This document shows, piece after piece, positions 1-9,118 of a DNA stretch of 64,000 nucleotides. Position 1 is the stretch's first letter. The number at the start of each line of letters is the position of its first letter. The stretch is from NCBI GenBank assembly GCA_965207735.1, contig OZ242296.1, positions 2,368,001-2,432,000 of the forward strand. The letters run 5' to 3'. Source of the stretch: Candidatus Versatilivorator sp. GTDB lineage: Bacteria; Acidobacteriota; Terriglobia; Versatilivoradales; Versatilivoraceae. Made by a program: the position numbers and the translations under genes. Under the pieces are notes generated by a model, which saw only the letters and a list, made by a program, of their open reading frames with translations, searched no databases and had not been told where the DNA came from.

Positions 1-23
1 CGGGGTGCGCCGGGCGCTCAAGG

Positions 24-1037
24 TCATGAAACAGCGCGTTTCTTCAGTTGCTCCCTGATGTGATCCACCACAACCTTACCATGAAATCGACCGTTCTCGA
101 TGAAGACCTCGTTGGTGAACATGCCCGCGACCACCACGCCGGCCAGGTAGACTCCGGCAATGTTGCTCTCGTAACTGTTCTTGTCGATCAGGGGCCGCTG
201 ATCTTCAGGATCCAGGCGAACCCCGATGGAATGGAAGAACTCCAGGTCGGGGCGATAACCGGTCATGGCAAACACGAAGTCGTTGTCCAGAGAGACCGTC
301 TCCCCGGAGCGGTGGCGCAATTCCAGGGTCCGCCGGGTGATCTCCACCACGGCGGTGTCGAACCGGGCCTGAATCTCCCCGGCCTTGATGCGGTTTTCGA
401 TATCGGGCTTGATCCAGTACTTGATGCTCGAGCTCAGTCGGCTCCCCCGGTGGATGAGCGTGACCCGAGCTCCGGAGCGGTAGAGATCCAGGGCGGCCAC
501 GGCGGCCGAATTCTTGCCCCCGATCACCGCCACATCCATCCCATAGTAGGGGTGAGCTTCCCTGTAGTAGTGGGTCACCTTGGGCAGATCTTCTCCGGGG
601 ACGTTCAGGAAATTTGGAATGTCGTAGTACCCGGTGGCCAGAACGATCTTGCGCGCCCGGTAACAGCGGCTCTGCCGATCCCGGGTTTCCGTCCTGACCT
701 GGAAATTGTCGTCCCGGCCTTCCACGGCCAGAACGCTTTCGTAGAGATGCAGCTTCAGCCGGTAGGTATCGGCCACCCGCCGGTAGTACTTCAAGGCCTC
801 CAGCCGAGTCGGCTTCTGGTAGGGAGTCACAAAGGGCAGGCCGCCGATTTCCAGCAGTTCCGGAGTGGTGAAGAAGGTCATCTGCAGCGGGAAATTCTTG
901 ATCGAATTGACAATGCACCCCTTCTCGATCACCAGGTAATCCAGTCCCCGCGTTTCCGCCTCGATGGCACAGGCCAACCCCGTGGGACCGGCCCCGATAA
1001 TGATGAGGTCGTGGATTGGCGAGAGGTTGGGAATCAT
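24..1037 (-). CDS. ypdA: YpdA-family FAD-dependent (putative bacillithiol disulfide) reductase
   Basis: GAGPTG FAD motif, EKGCIVNSI..FP..MTFF, ATGYYD, GGKNSA and C-terminal FIENGRFHG; no CxxC. Confidence 0.85.
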   Translation of the reverse strand: MIPNLSPIHDLIIIGAGPTGLACAIEAETRGLDYLVIEKGCIVNSIKNFPLQMTFFTTPELLEIGGLPFVTPYQKPTRLEALKYYRRVADTYRLKLHLYESVLAVEGRDDNFQVRTETRDRQSRCYRARKIVLATGYYDIPNFLNVPGEDLPKVTHYYREAHPYYGMDVAVIGGKNSAAVAALDLYRSGARVTLIHRGSRLSSSIKYWIKPDIENRIKAGEIQARFDTAVVEITRRTLELRHRSGETVSLDNDFVFAMTGYRPDLEFFHSIGVRLDPEDQRPLIDKNSYESNIAGVYLAGVVVAGMFTNEVFIENGRFHGKVVVDHIREQLKKRAVS

Positions 1038-1126
1038 GAGCTTCCAACTGGCCCTGACAGGCCGGGATCCGGCGGAAGGGACCGGCGGAGTGAGACCGGG
1101 AAAGGGGTCGGCGCCCCCGGGCGCGC

Positions 1127-2131
1127 CTAGCCTTCGACCAGCCGCGTTTCCCGGCCGGTCCGGGCTGAACGCCGCAGGGCCTCGATCACCGCCATGTTAC
1201 CCAGTGCATCCTCCAAGGGCAAGGACAACGGCCGCCCCTCCAATACGGAGCGGCTGAAATGGTCGACCTGCAGTCGATAGACATCACCGCCGTCTTGGAT
1301 CGGCACCTCACGGGTCTCGCCCTCCACTTCCATCTGCAAGGCGCTGTGGTCGGAGTCGGGCTTGAAAGGCATCGGGACCAGCAGGCGTCCTCGGGAGCCG
1401 ACGATCTCCAGTTGAAAGTCTCGGGCGGTCTGGAAGCTGCCGCTGAACAGGCCCAGGCACCCGCCCGGAAAGACCATCATCCCTCCGAATGTCAGGTCCA
1501 CGCCGCTCTCGGGTTCACCCAGGCTCCGACCCAGCACCGTCAGGGGCTCTTCGTTGGTCAGGTAGCGCATCACGTGGATGCAGTAGCAGCCCACGTCCAT
1601 CAGGGCGCCCCCGCCGGGGCTCGGCTTGAGCCGAACGTTGGGCCGGCTGAAGTCGAGCGGAAATCCCAGGGAGGAGCGAATCAGGCGGAGCTCGCCCACG
1701 CTTCCCTGGCTGACAAGTTCCTTGACCCTGGCGGTCTGGGGGTGAAAGCGGTAGGCGAAGGCTTCCATCAGCGATCGGCCGCACTCCCTGGAAACCGCAA
1801 CCATTCTCCGGCACTCGTCCATGTCCTCCGCCAGAGGCTTCTCGCAGAGAACGTGCTTACCCGCCTCCAGGGCGCGGATGGTCCAATCGCAGTGGAGCCA
1901 GTTGGGAAGAGCGTTGTAAACCACCTCCACCGCGGGATCTTCCAAGACGGCCCGATAGCTCCAATAGCTCCTGGAGAAACCGTGACGACGGGCGAATCCA
2001 TGGGCCTTTTCCAAAGTCCGACTGGCGATTGCATAGGGGACGGCCCAGCCGGAATTTCCGATGGCGGGGGCCACCACCTCGGAAATCTGTCCCACTCCGA
2101 GAACGGCCCAGTTGAGAGTTTTCTTGGACAT
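1127..2131 (-). CDS. Gfo/Idh/MocA family oxidoreductase
   Basis: N-terminal Rossmann fold, AGKHVLCEKP, GGGALMDVGCY. Confidence 0.9.
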   Translation of the reverse strand: MSKKTLNWAVLGVGQISEVVAPAIGNSGWAVPYAIASRTLEKAHGFARRHGFSRSYWSYRAVLEDPAVEVVYNALPNWLHCDWTIRALEAGKHVLCEKPLAEDMDECRRMVAVSRECGRSLMEAFAYRFHPQTARVKELVSQGSVGELRLIRSSLGFPLDFSRPNVRLKPSPGGGALMDVGCYCIHVMRYLTNEEPLTVLGRSLGEPESGVDLTFGGMMVFPGGCLGLFSGSFQTARDFQLEIVGSRGRLLVPMPFKPDSDHSALQMEVEGETREVPIQDGGDVYRLQVDHFSRSVLEGRPLSLPLEDALGNMAVIEALRRSARTGRETRLVEG

Positions 2132-2139
2132 AGCTTAGA

Positions 2140-2584
2140 GGAAATGAGGAATGATGAATGATGAATGACTAGTGGTCAGCGCAGCCCCGCCCTGCCGAGT
2201 TGATCGTTCGTGGGGAAACGGACCGATTGCTCATGAAGACAAACCACGAATGGAAACGAAACACTAAAACACGGATAGACCTGATTCAACAACAAGCGGC
2301 AGCCAAATGCTTGTGCAGCCTCTTGGTGGTCCTGCACATAAGTATCAATACGTATGGCGGCTGCTCTACTGAAGTTCACCATGGATTACCCATGGAACCT
2401 CCTGGCGCAACTCGATGTGGCAGCCAAGTATAGGTGGCAATACTTATGCGGCAGTGTACTTAGTGGCCCTTCGCATTCCTTCGTGGATAACTCTTTTCCA
2501 AATGCCTAATTCATCGACCGAACAACACTTCACTCATCACTCCTGACCCCTTACTCCTCATTCATCATTCATCATTCATCATTC
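2140..2584. repeat. Composite intergenic element (family C) bounded by inverted (ATGAATG)n/(CATTCAT)n heptamer arrays, copy 1
   Basis: Heptamer arrays at about 2150-2168 and 2558-2584. The core aligns by eye with 6601-6897 (shared acggatagacctg, aaccacgaatgga, taactcttttcc, catcgaccgaa). Confidence 0.85.
2332..2454. mobile_element. About 123-bp MITE-like insert nested in family C copy 1
   Basis: Absent from copy 2; ends CTGCACATAAGTAT and ATACTTATGCGGCAG are imperfect inverted repeats. Confidence 0.65.
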
Positions 2585-3857
2585 TAATCCGGACGCTGTG
2601 GGCGTGGGCATCCAGCTTCTCGGCCAGGGCGAACCGTTCGATGGCCCGATGATGCTTGTTCAGTGCGGCCCGGGTGTACTTGACCAGGTTGGTCCGCTTC
2701 ACGAAGTCATAGACGCCCAGGGGCGAGGCGAAACGGGCGCTGCCTCCGGTCGGCAGGACGTGATTGGGGCCCGCAAAGTAGTCGCCCACCGCTTCGCAGG
2801 AATCGGAACCGAAGAAGATGGCTCCGCAGGCCTCCACTTGCCGAGCCAGAGACTCGGCTTCCCGGGTCAGCAACTCCAGGTGCTCGGGAGCGACGCGGTT
2901 GACGATCCCGACAGCCTCCCGGGGTTCATTCACGACCAGAATCGCTCCATAGCGTTCCAGCGCCTTGCGAATGGTTCCCTGGCGGCTCAGTTCCAGGATC
3001 TGACGCTCGAGGCTGGCCCGGACGGCTTCGGCCAGATTCCTGGAACATACGATGGCCAGCGCCACCGCCGCTTCATCGTGCTCGGCCTGGGCCATCAGAT
3101 CGGCGGCCACAAAGTCGGGATGAGCCGATTCGTCGGCAACCACCACCACTTCCGAAGGGCCGGCAATCTTGTCGATATCCACCAGCCCGTAGACCTGCCT
3201 CTTGGCCGCCGATACGTAGGCGTTGCCGGGACCCACGATCTTGTCGACCCTGGGCACGCTTTCGGTCCCATAGGCCAGGGCGGCGATCGCCTGGGCGCCC
3301 CCCACCCCGTAGACTTCTTCCAGGCCCAGCTCGGCCAGAGCCGCCGCCACCACCGGGTTGGCCCGGAACCGGGCATAGGGGGTGGCCACCACAATGCGGC
3401 CCACCCCGGCGATCTGGGCCGGGACAGCGTTCATGAGCAGGCTGGAAGGATAGGCCGCGGCTCCCCCCGGCACATAGAGACCCACACTCGACAGGGGCGT
3501 GATTCGCTGCCCCAGCCTGACCCCATCCGAGGCTTCGAACTCCCAGGACTGCTGCCGCTGCCGGCGGTGAAAGTCGGCAATGTTCTCCCGGGCCTGGCGC
3601 AGGACTTCCCGCAACTCGGGATCCACCCGGTTGGCCAGGGAGCGAATCTCCCCGGGGTCGATCCTCAGCAAGTCGGGTTCGAAACCCTCCAGCCGCAGGG
3701 TCCACTCCCTGAGGGCGGCGTCTCCCTTTTTCCGCACCGAAGCCAGGATGGCGGCAACGTCCGACTCCAGGTCCCCGTCGGCCTGCGCTCCCCGCGAACT
3801 CACTTTTTCCAGGTAGGCGCCGGCCTCGGGACCGGGCCACTGGTAAATCGGAATCAT
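2565..3857 (-). CDS. hisD: Histidinol dehydrogenase
   Basis: GLYVPGG, VDKIVGPGNAYV, IAGPSE, APEHLEL, GDYFAGPNHVLPT. Confidence 0.97.
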   Translation of the reverse strand: MIPIYQWPGPEAGAYLEKVSSRGAQADGDLESDVAAILASVRKKGDAALREWTLRLEGFEPDLLRIDPGEIRSLANRVDPELREVLRQARENIADFHRRQRQQSWEFEASDGVRLGQRITPLSSVGLYVPGGAAAYPSSLLMNAVPAQIAGVGRIVVATPYARFRANPVVAAALAELGLEEVYGVGGAQAIAALAYGTESVPRVDKIVGPGNAYVSAAKRQVYGLVDIDKIAGPSEVVVVADESAHPDFVAADLMAQAEHDEAAVALAIVCSRNLAEAVRASLERQILELSRQGTIRKALERYGAILVVNEPREAVGIVNRVAPEHLELLTREAESLARQVEACGAIFFGSDSCEAVGDYFAGPNHVLPTGGSARFASPLGVYDFVKRTNLVKYTRAALNKHHRAIERFALAEKLDAHAHSVRIRMMNDE

Positions 3858-3889
3858 GGGTTCAAACCCGTACTTCTCGCCAATGCCGG

Positions 3890-4552
3890 CTAGCCTTGAG
3901 GGACGGCCTCCGAGAGCCGTTGGATGAGGCGGCTTACCGCCCGGCGTTTTACCTGGTAGCTGGCCCGGTTGACGATCAGCCGGGCCGAGACGTCGCAGAT
4001 CGGCTCGATGACTTCCAGCCCGTTTTCGGCCAGAGTGCGCCCGGTGGCCACCAGATCGACGACCCGTTCCGAGAGTCCCAGCCTGGGAGCCAGTTCAACG
4101 CTGCCGGAGAGGTAGATGATCTCCACCGGGATGCCCTGACGGGTAAAGTGATCGGTGGTGATCCGGGGGTACTTGGTAGCGATGCGAACGGCAGACAGCT
4201 CACGGTAGTTCTTCCGCGCCGTGCTCCTGGGGCCGGCGACCGCCATGACGCATCGGCCGATGCCGAGATCCAGGGGTTGATGCACGTCGGCCTCGGATTC
4301 CAGCAACACGTCCCATCCGGCGACACCCAGGTCGGCGACGCCATACTCCACGTAGGTCGGGACGTCCACCGGTTTCACCATAAAGAACTGGAAGCACCCG
4401 CTCCTGTCCTGAAAGATGAGCTTTCTGGAACCCGCCTCGGAAGCGTCCACCTCCACCCCGGCCCGGCCCAGCAACTCCAGGGTCGCTTCCTGAAGCCTGC
4501 CCTTGGAAAGGGCCACTGAAAGGACTTCCTCGGATTTCAACGCATTGCTCAT
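3890..4552 (-). CDS. hisG: ATP phosphoribosyltransferase, short form
   Basis: ALSKGRL, DVPTYVEYGVADLGVAG, IATKYP, GSVELAP; no C-terminal regulatory domain, consistent with adjacent hisZ. Confidence 0.96.
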   Translation of the reverse strand: MSNALKSEEVLSVALSKGRLQEATLELLGRAGVEVDASEAGSRKLIFQDRSGCFQFFMVKPVDVPTYVEYGVADLGVAGWDVLLESEADVHQPLDLGIGRCVMAVAGPRSTARKNYRELSAVRIATKYPRITTDHFTRQGIPVEIIYLSGSVELAPRLGLSERVVDLVATGRTLAENGLEVIEPICDVSARLIVNRASYQVKRRAVSRLIQRLSEAVPQG

Positions 4553-5532
4553 CGCAGTTTCAGCGGCAGCGCCATCAGCCGTTCCAGGAAGAAGGTAAAC
4601 CCGACCGAAGGGAGATCGCAGCCGAAGTTCTTCAACAGGTTGTCGTAACGGCCGCCGCTGCCCACCTCGAATCCCAACCCGGGCACGTAGATCTTGAAGA
4701 TGATGCCGGTATAGTAGTCGAGACCCCTCACTTCGCTCAGGTCGATGGTCAGGTGTTCGGCCAGCTTGCGCCGCCGCAACTCGGCGTAGAGCCCCGTCAG
4801 ATTGTCCAGGGCCGACAGGGATTTCTCATTGGAGACCAGCCGCCGGGCGGCGTCGATGGTTTCAGAGTTACCGGTCAGGTGAAGCAGTGCGTGCAACACC
4901 TCGCGCTGCCGGGGGGACAGCTGCAGGCGTTCCATCTCGGCCTGAAGTCCCACCGGATCTTTCAGATCGATGAGCCTCCTGATTCTCGAGAGGTCCTGAG
5001 CCGAGAGGCCGAATCTTTCCACCAGGCCGGCGAAGAAGCCCATCTCGCCCAGGTTGAATTGAAAGCGGTCGATCCCGACCCGCTGCAGGGCTTCCATGGC
5101 CACCTGGATGACCTCGGCGTCGCAGGCGATCCTCTCACCGCCGATGTTCTCGATTCCAAGCTGGAAGGACTCGCGCTGCCTGCCGCCCCTGGGAGCTTCG
5201 TAGCGCAGGACGTCGCCGCAATAGCATAGCCGCAGGGGCTTGGGCCGATCCTGCAGGCGGGTGGCCACGGTCTTGGCCACCAGGGAGGTAAATTCGGGTC
5301 GCAGAGCCAACAGGTTGCCCTCCCGGTCGACGAAGCGATAGAGCGCCTCCTCCAACTCGGCCCCCATGCCCTTGGAGAAGACATCGTAGTAGTCGAAAAT
5401 GGGCGGGATGATCTCCTCGTACTTCCAACGGCTGAAGATGGTGAAAACGAGCCGCTCCAGTCGACGGCGGCGTTTCACCGCCGGTCCGAACAGCACCTGA
5501 GTGCCCAGCGGAACCTGAGTCAAGGTCTTCAT
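4549..5532 (-). CDS. hisZ: ATP phosphoribosyltransferase regulatory subunit
   Basis: HisRS-like motifs LRPEFT, RGLDYYTG, GGRYDNL; overlaps hisG start. Confidence 0.93.
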   Translation of the reverse strand: MKTLTQVPLGTQVLFGPAVKRRRRLERLVFTIFSRWKYEEIIPPIFDYYDVFSKGMGAELEEALYRFVDREGNLLALRPEFTSLVAKTVATRLQDRPKPLRLCYCGDVLRYEAPRGGRQRESFQLGIENIGGERIACDAEVIQVAMEALQRVGIDRFQFNLGEMGFFAGLVERFGLSAQDLSRIRRLIDLKDPVGLQAEMERLQLSPRQREVLHALLHLTGNSETIDAARRLVSNEKSLSALDNLTGLYAELRRRKLAEHLTIDLSEVRGLDYYTGIIFKIYVPGLGFEVGSGGRYDNLLKNFGCDLPSVGFTFFLERLMALPLKLR

Positions 5533-5578
5533 CGTGTTGGTTGCCGCGGATCGCAGCCGGCTTGAGAAGCGCCGGCCC

Positions 5579-6499
5579 TCAACTCCCGCGGATGCTCCTT
5601 CCCTGGTTGTCTATCTTCAGCTCGAGCGGACGGCAAGCGACTCCGTGGCGATCGAAAATGGACTGGACTTGCCCGAACACCTCCCGGCCGTCCCCTTGGA
5701 TGAAGGCTGCCACGCTGGGCCCGGCGCCGCTCAGGCTGATCCCCAGCAGACCGGGAATCTCCCTGCCGTTGAGCGCCAGGACCTCCTGCAGTCCCGGAAT
5801 CAGAGGAGCCCGGTAGGGTTGATGCACCTTGTCGCGGAGCGATTCCCTCAGGAACCGGAACTGCCCCGCCATCAAGGCCGCTACCGTCAGCGCGCTGCGC
5901 TGCAGGTTGAAGATGACATCGCTCATCTTGAGCTGGTCGGGTACGACAGCCCTGGCCTCGCTGGTAGGCAACCGGATGTCGGGAACCACCAGCAGGATCT
6001 TCAGCGCCTCCGTGACCCGGGTCCGAAAGAAGTCCACCCTGCCCCCTTCGTCGACGCAGCTCACGGTGAAACCCCCGAAACGGGCCGCGGTCAGGTTGTC
6101 CGGATGAGCCTCGAACTCCAGGGCATAGCGGAAAAACTTCTCCTGAGAAAGCTCCTCCCCCGCCAGGGCTTCGTAGGCTCCCAGCGCGGCCACGATGGCC
6201 GCCGCGCTGCTCCCCAGCCCGCGGGCAAGCGGTATCCGGTTCTGCACCTCCAGCCTCAGGGGAGGCAGGGGCCGCCCTTCGCCCTGGAACACCCGTCGGA
6301 TCACCTTCCACATCAGGTTCTCGCGGACACTGAGCAATTCCCGGGCCCCTTCCCCCTCCATGTGGATTTCCGGGGAGCCGCTGCCGGACTCCCGCACCCC
6401 GACCTGGAGGTAGAGACCCAACGCCAGTCCCAGAGCGTCGAACCCCGCCCCCAGATTGGTGGAACTGGCCGGAACCTGAATGGAGTAGGCAGCACCCAC
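5579..6499 (-). CDS. thrB: Homoserine kinase (start moved to GTG 6499; the longer ORF runs into a repeat)
   Basis: VPASSTNLGAGFDALG, PLARGLGSSAAA GHMP motif, HPDN, SGAGPS. Confidence 0.95.
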   Translation of the reverse strand: MGAAYSIQVPASSTNLGAGFDALGLALGLYLQVGVRESGSGSPEIHMEGEGARELLSVRENLMWKVIRRVFQGEGRPLPPLRLEVQNRIPLARGLGSSAAAIVAALGAYEALAGEELSQEKFFRYALEFEAHPDNLTAARFGGFTVSCVDEGGRVDFFRTRVTEALKILLVVPDIRLPTSEARAVVPDQLKMSDVIFNLQRSALTVAALMAGQFRFLRESLRDKVHQPYRAPLIPGLQEVLALNGREIPGLLGISLSGAGPSVAAFIQGDGREVFGQVQSIFDRHGVACRPLELKIDNQGRSIRGS

Positions 6500-6517
6500 G
6501 GTAAACGGTCCTCGTTC

Positions 6518-6897
6518 GAAACACCCCTGTTTCAGACAGTGGAGAGTGGAGAGTGGAAAGTGGAGAGTGATGAATGATGAATGATGAATGATGAATGGAG
6601 AGTGGTCAGTGGAATCCCGCCCCGCTGAGTGGATCGTTCGAGGGGAAGAGGCCGATTGTTTATGAAGGCGAACCACGAATGGACACGAATCAACACGAAA
6701 AAGCCAAGGCACGGATAGACCTGCTTCATCGACAAACGGCACCCAAATGCTTTTGCAGCTCCTTCGTGCCCCTTCGTATTCCTTCGCGTCCCTTCGTGAT
6801 TAACTCTTTTCCCCATCCTTAACCCATCGACCGAATAACTCTTCACTCTCCACTGTTCACTCTCCACTTCTTATTCCTCATTCATCATTCATCATTC
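6518..6897. repeat. Family C composite element, copy 2, with (AGTGGAG)n and (ATGAATG)n arrays and their inverted counterparts
   Basis: Arrays at 6538-6605 and 6845-6897; core homologous to 2171-2584; preceded by hairpin GAAACA-CCCC-TGTTTC. Confidence 0.85.
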
Positions 6898-8390
6898 CCC
6901 GACAATTGCCTCAGGGCGACTTCCCGCATCTCCTGCAGGGGCGCCTCGCGTCCGGTCCACAGATAGCACTGCCTGGCGGCTTGCCCGACAAACATGTCCA
7001 GGCCGCTCACCACCCGGGACTGTTTTCGGGCTTCCCCAAGCAGCCGGGTCTCCAGGGGATTGTAGACCATATCGAACACCGTGCCGTACCTCAGCCCCTC
7101 CCCGGCCACCGGACTCTCATGGATAGAGGGAGACATGCCCACGGGGGTGGCGTTGATCAAGAGATCGCCGCTGTAACGGCTGGAACGGTCCAGGGAATCC
7201 GCCTCGAACCCAAAGTCTCCAGCCAGAGCCTCCGCTTTGGACTCGTTGCGGGCCAGGACGGTGACGCGCCAATGGGCTTCCTTCAACACGGCGGCCGCAG
7301 AGCGGGCGGCTCCGCCGGCTCCCAGCAGGACGGCCACGCCCGGTGAGCCATGCAGGCAGCCGCGCAAGGCGTGGCGAACGCCGTCCAGGTCGGTATTGTA
7401 AGCCCACAGGCCGTTTTCCCGCCGGACCAGGGTGTTGGCCGCCCCGCTTGCTTCCACGCTGGGGTGCCGTTCGTCCACGTACCGCAGCACGCCGACCTTG
7501 TGTGGAAGGGTGACGCTGAGCCCGCCGAAGCGTTCCAGATAGGGCGCGAACGCCTCCAGGCTGGGCGTGGGCAGAGGCAGGTAACGACAGTTCAGCCCGA
7601 GCTGCCGGAAGGCGTGATTGTGCACCTGGGGAGACAGGGAGTGACCGATGGGATGGCCGATCACGCCAAATAAAAGAGTGTCGGAATCGATGCCGTTCAA
7701 GCCGTAGACGCCTTTCAGGTCCCGAGAGGTGAACTGTCCCGGGGCCGTCTCCTGTCCCGCGCGTGCGGATGCGTAGGTCAGCATGGCTCCCCGGCTGGGA
7801 GCCACCAGTCGGGAATAGGCACCCAGGTCCCCCATGGCCACCGCAATGATGGGAATATTCTGCCGCCTGGCTCGCGATACCAGCTCCAGCAGGCGAAAAT
7901 TGTCGGCAAAACCGGCCGCCAGGGTAGCGATCTTCACCACGTCGGCCTTCACCGCCAGTATCCGCCGGAAAATGGACTGGAGATCCGAGGGAGTTTCCCG
8001 GAAGTTGTGGTAGGACCCGATCAACCGCCAGGACCCGGCCCTGATCTTTGTCAGCCGTGGGGAATCTACGGCCTCCAGCGTCTCCACCTCTATATCCAGA
8101 AAGGAGAACCCGGCCCCGCCGATCTTCCCCAACATCTCCAACTGTTCGACTGCGCCGCCTGCGAACCGCCCCCCAAACGGTATTCTGCGAAGCGTCCCGA
8201 TTACCGGCACACCCGCCAGAGATACCCAGCGCCGCATCCGTTCCAGGGTCAGTAAAGAGGGATCCAGAAAGTCGAGCCGAAACTCAATCAAGTCCGAATC
8301 CTGGCGGCTCCTCAAAACGGCCGCTTCGAAGTCACCGGGGGCGCACTCCCGGATAACGGTGCATATTTTTCCGTTGGGAGATGGGGACAT
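6885..8390 (-). CDS. aroE: Bifunctional type I 3-dehydroquinate dehydratase / shikimate dehydrogenase
   Basis: N-half: IEFRLD, SYHNF, VVKIAT, TAPGQ. C-half: GHPIGHSLSP, SVTLPHK, NTD, GAGGAA, INATPVGM, DMVYNP. Confidence 0.93.
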   Translation of the reverse strand: MSPSPNGKICTVIRECAPGDFEAAVLRSRQDSDLIEFRLDFLDPSLLTLERMRRWVSLAGVPVIGTLRRIPFGGRFAGGAVEQLEMLGKIGGAGFSFLDIEVETLEAVDSPRLTKIRAGSWRLIGSYHNFRETPSDLQSIFRRILAVKADVVKIATLAAGFADNFRLLELVSRARRQNIPIIAVAMGDLGAYSRLVAPSRGAMLTYASARAGQETAPGQFTSRDLKGVYGLNGIDSDTLLFGVIGHPIGHSLSPQVHNHAFRQLGLNCRYLPLPTPSLEAFAPYLERFGGLSVTLPHKVGVLRYVDERHPSVEASGAANTLVRRENGLWAYNTDLDGVRHALRGCLHGSPGVAVLLGAGGAARSAAAVLKEAHWRVTVLARNESKAEALAGDFGFEADSLDRSSRYSGDLLINATPVGMSPSIHESPVAGEGLRYGTVFDMVYNPLETRLLGEARKQSRVVSGLDMFVGQAARQCYLWTGREAPLQEMREVALRQLSGNDE

Positions 8391-8478
8391 TGGTGGTGGC
8401 GCGGGAATGGCGCTTGTCGGGACCGAATGGGCAGCGGCGTTCAGCTTGCTCCGATACGGGAACGGCGGTTAATTCACG

Positions 8479-8508
8479 AGTCTAGCATAAGCCTTTTCCC
8501 GGCGCCAA
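8479..8508 (-). promoter_or_regulatory. Putative sigma70 promoter for aroDE
   Basis: TTGGCG-18 bp-TAGACT with extended TGn on the minus strand. Confidence 0.4.
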
Positions 8509-8554
8509 GTTGACCGGCTCCCCTGGGCTCCCCGGGGTCGGTTCCCCCGGGCGT

Positions 8555-9118
8555 TCATCGGACCGGACCTCCTTCCTCTCGAAAGACCGTCGCGGTGAAC
8601 CTCTCGACCGTGGCGCCGTTCTTCCAGGCCTGGGGAGACAGGCCCGCCTTCAGGCAGGTCTGTTCCAGAAACTGCTCCGGGGTCCAACCACGCTCGACCG
8701 CCACCTTGGGCAGCAACAGGCCACGGCGATCCCCCTGGCTGACCAGCAGGCCATGGGTCCCCACCAGGATGTCGGCAGCGCCGGCGGCCTGGTCGAGCCC
8801 CGAGAGTACCGAGAGTTCGATTTCGGTGTCGGGAAGGTCCGTCAGGCTCAAGGGCCGAAACCTCGCGTCCTCGACCGCGGCAGAGACGGCGCACTCCGCC
8901 ACGGCCCGGCAGAGGGGCGTCAAGGGCCGGACGTAGCCGACACACCCGCGCAGACGCCCCCTGAGGTAGAGTGTGACGAATGCGCCCCGTTTCTGCAGAA
9001 GTTCCCGAGCAGACGGTAGATCGGTCGCGGGCCGCACTCCCGACCGCAGGTAGGCATCAATCGTCGAGCGGGCGGCCTTGAGGAGATAGTCCCGCGCGGA
9101 ATTATTGAGTGGGTACAT
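8555..9118 (-). CDS. AMMECR1-domain protein (AmmeMemoRadiSam protein A)
   Basis: GAFVTL, LRGCVG, DARF, ELSVLS, GLLLPKVA, CLKAGL. Confidence 0.92.
   Translation of the reverse strand: MYPLNNSARDYLLKAARSTIDAYLRSGVRPATDLPSARELLQKRGAFVTLYLRGRLRGCVGYVRPLTPLCRAVAECAVSAAVEDARFRPLSLTDLPDTEIELSVLSGLDQAAGAADILVGTHGLLVSQGDRRGLLLPKVAVERGWTPEQFLEQTCLKAGLSPQAWKNGATVERFTATVFREEGGPVR

Noticed and set aside
3882-3893. aatgccggctag at the hisG stop as a MITE A remnant
   Set aside because: An 11/12 match is too short to distinguish from chance.
6500-6742. N-terminal extension of ThrB, and similar extensions of Rrf2 (to 23600) and SerS (from 25377)
   Set aside because: They translate repeat DNA; conserved protein starts lie downstream.
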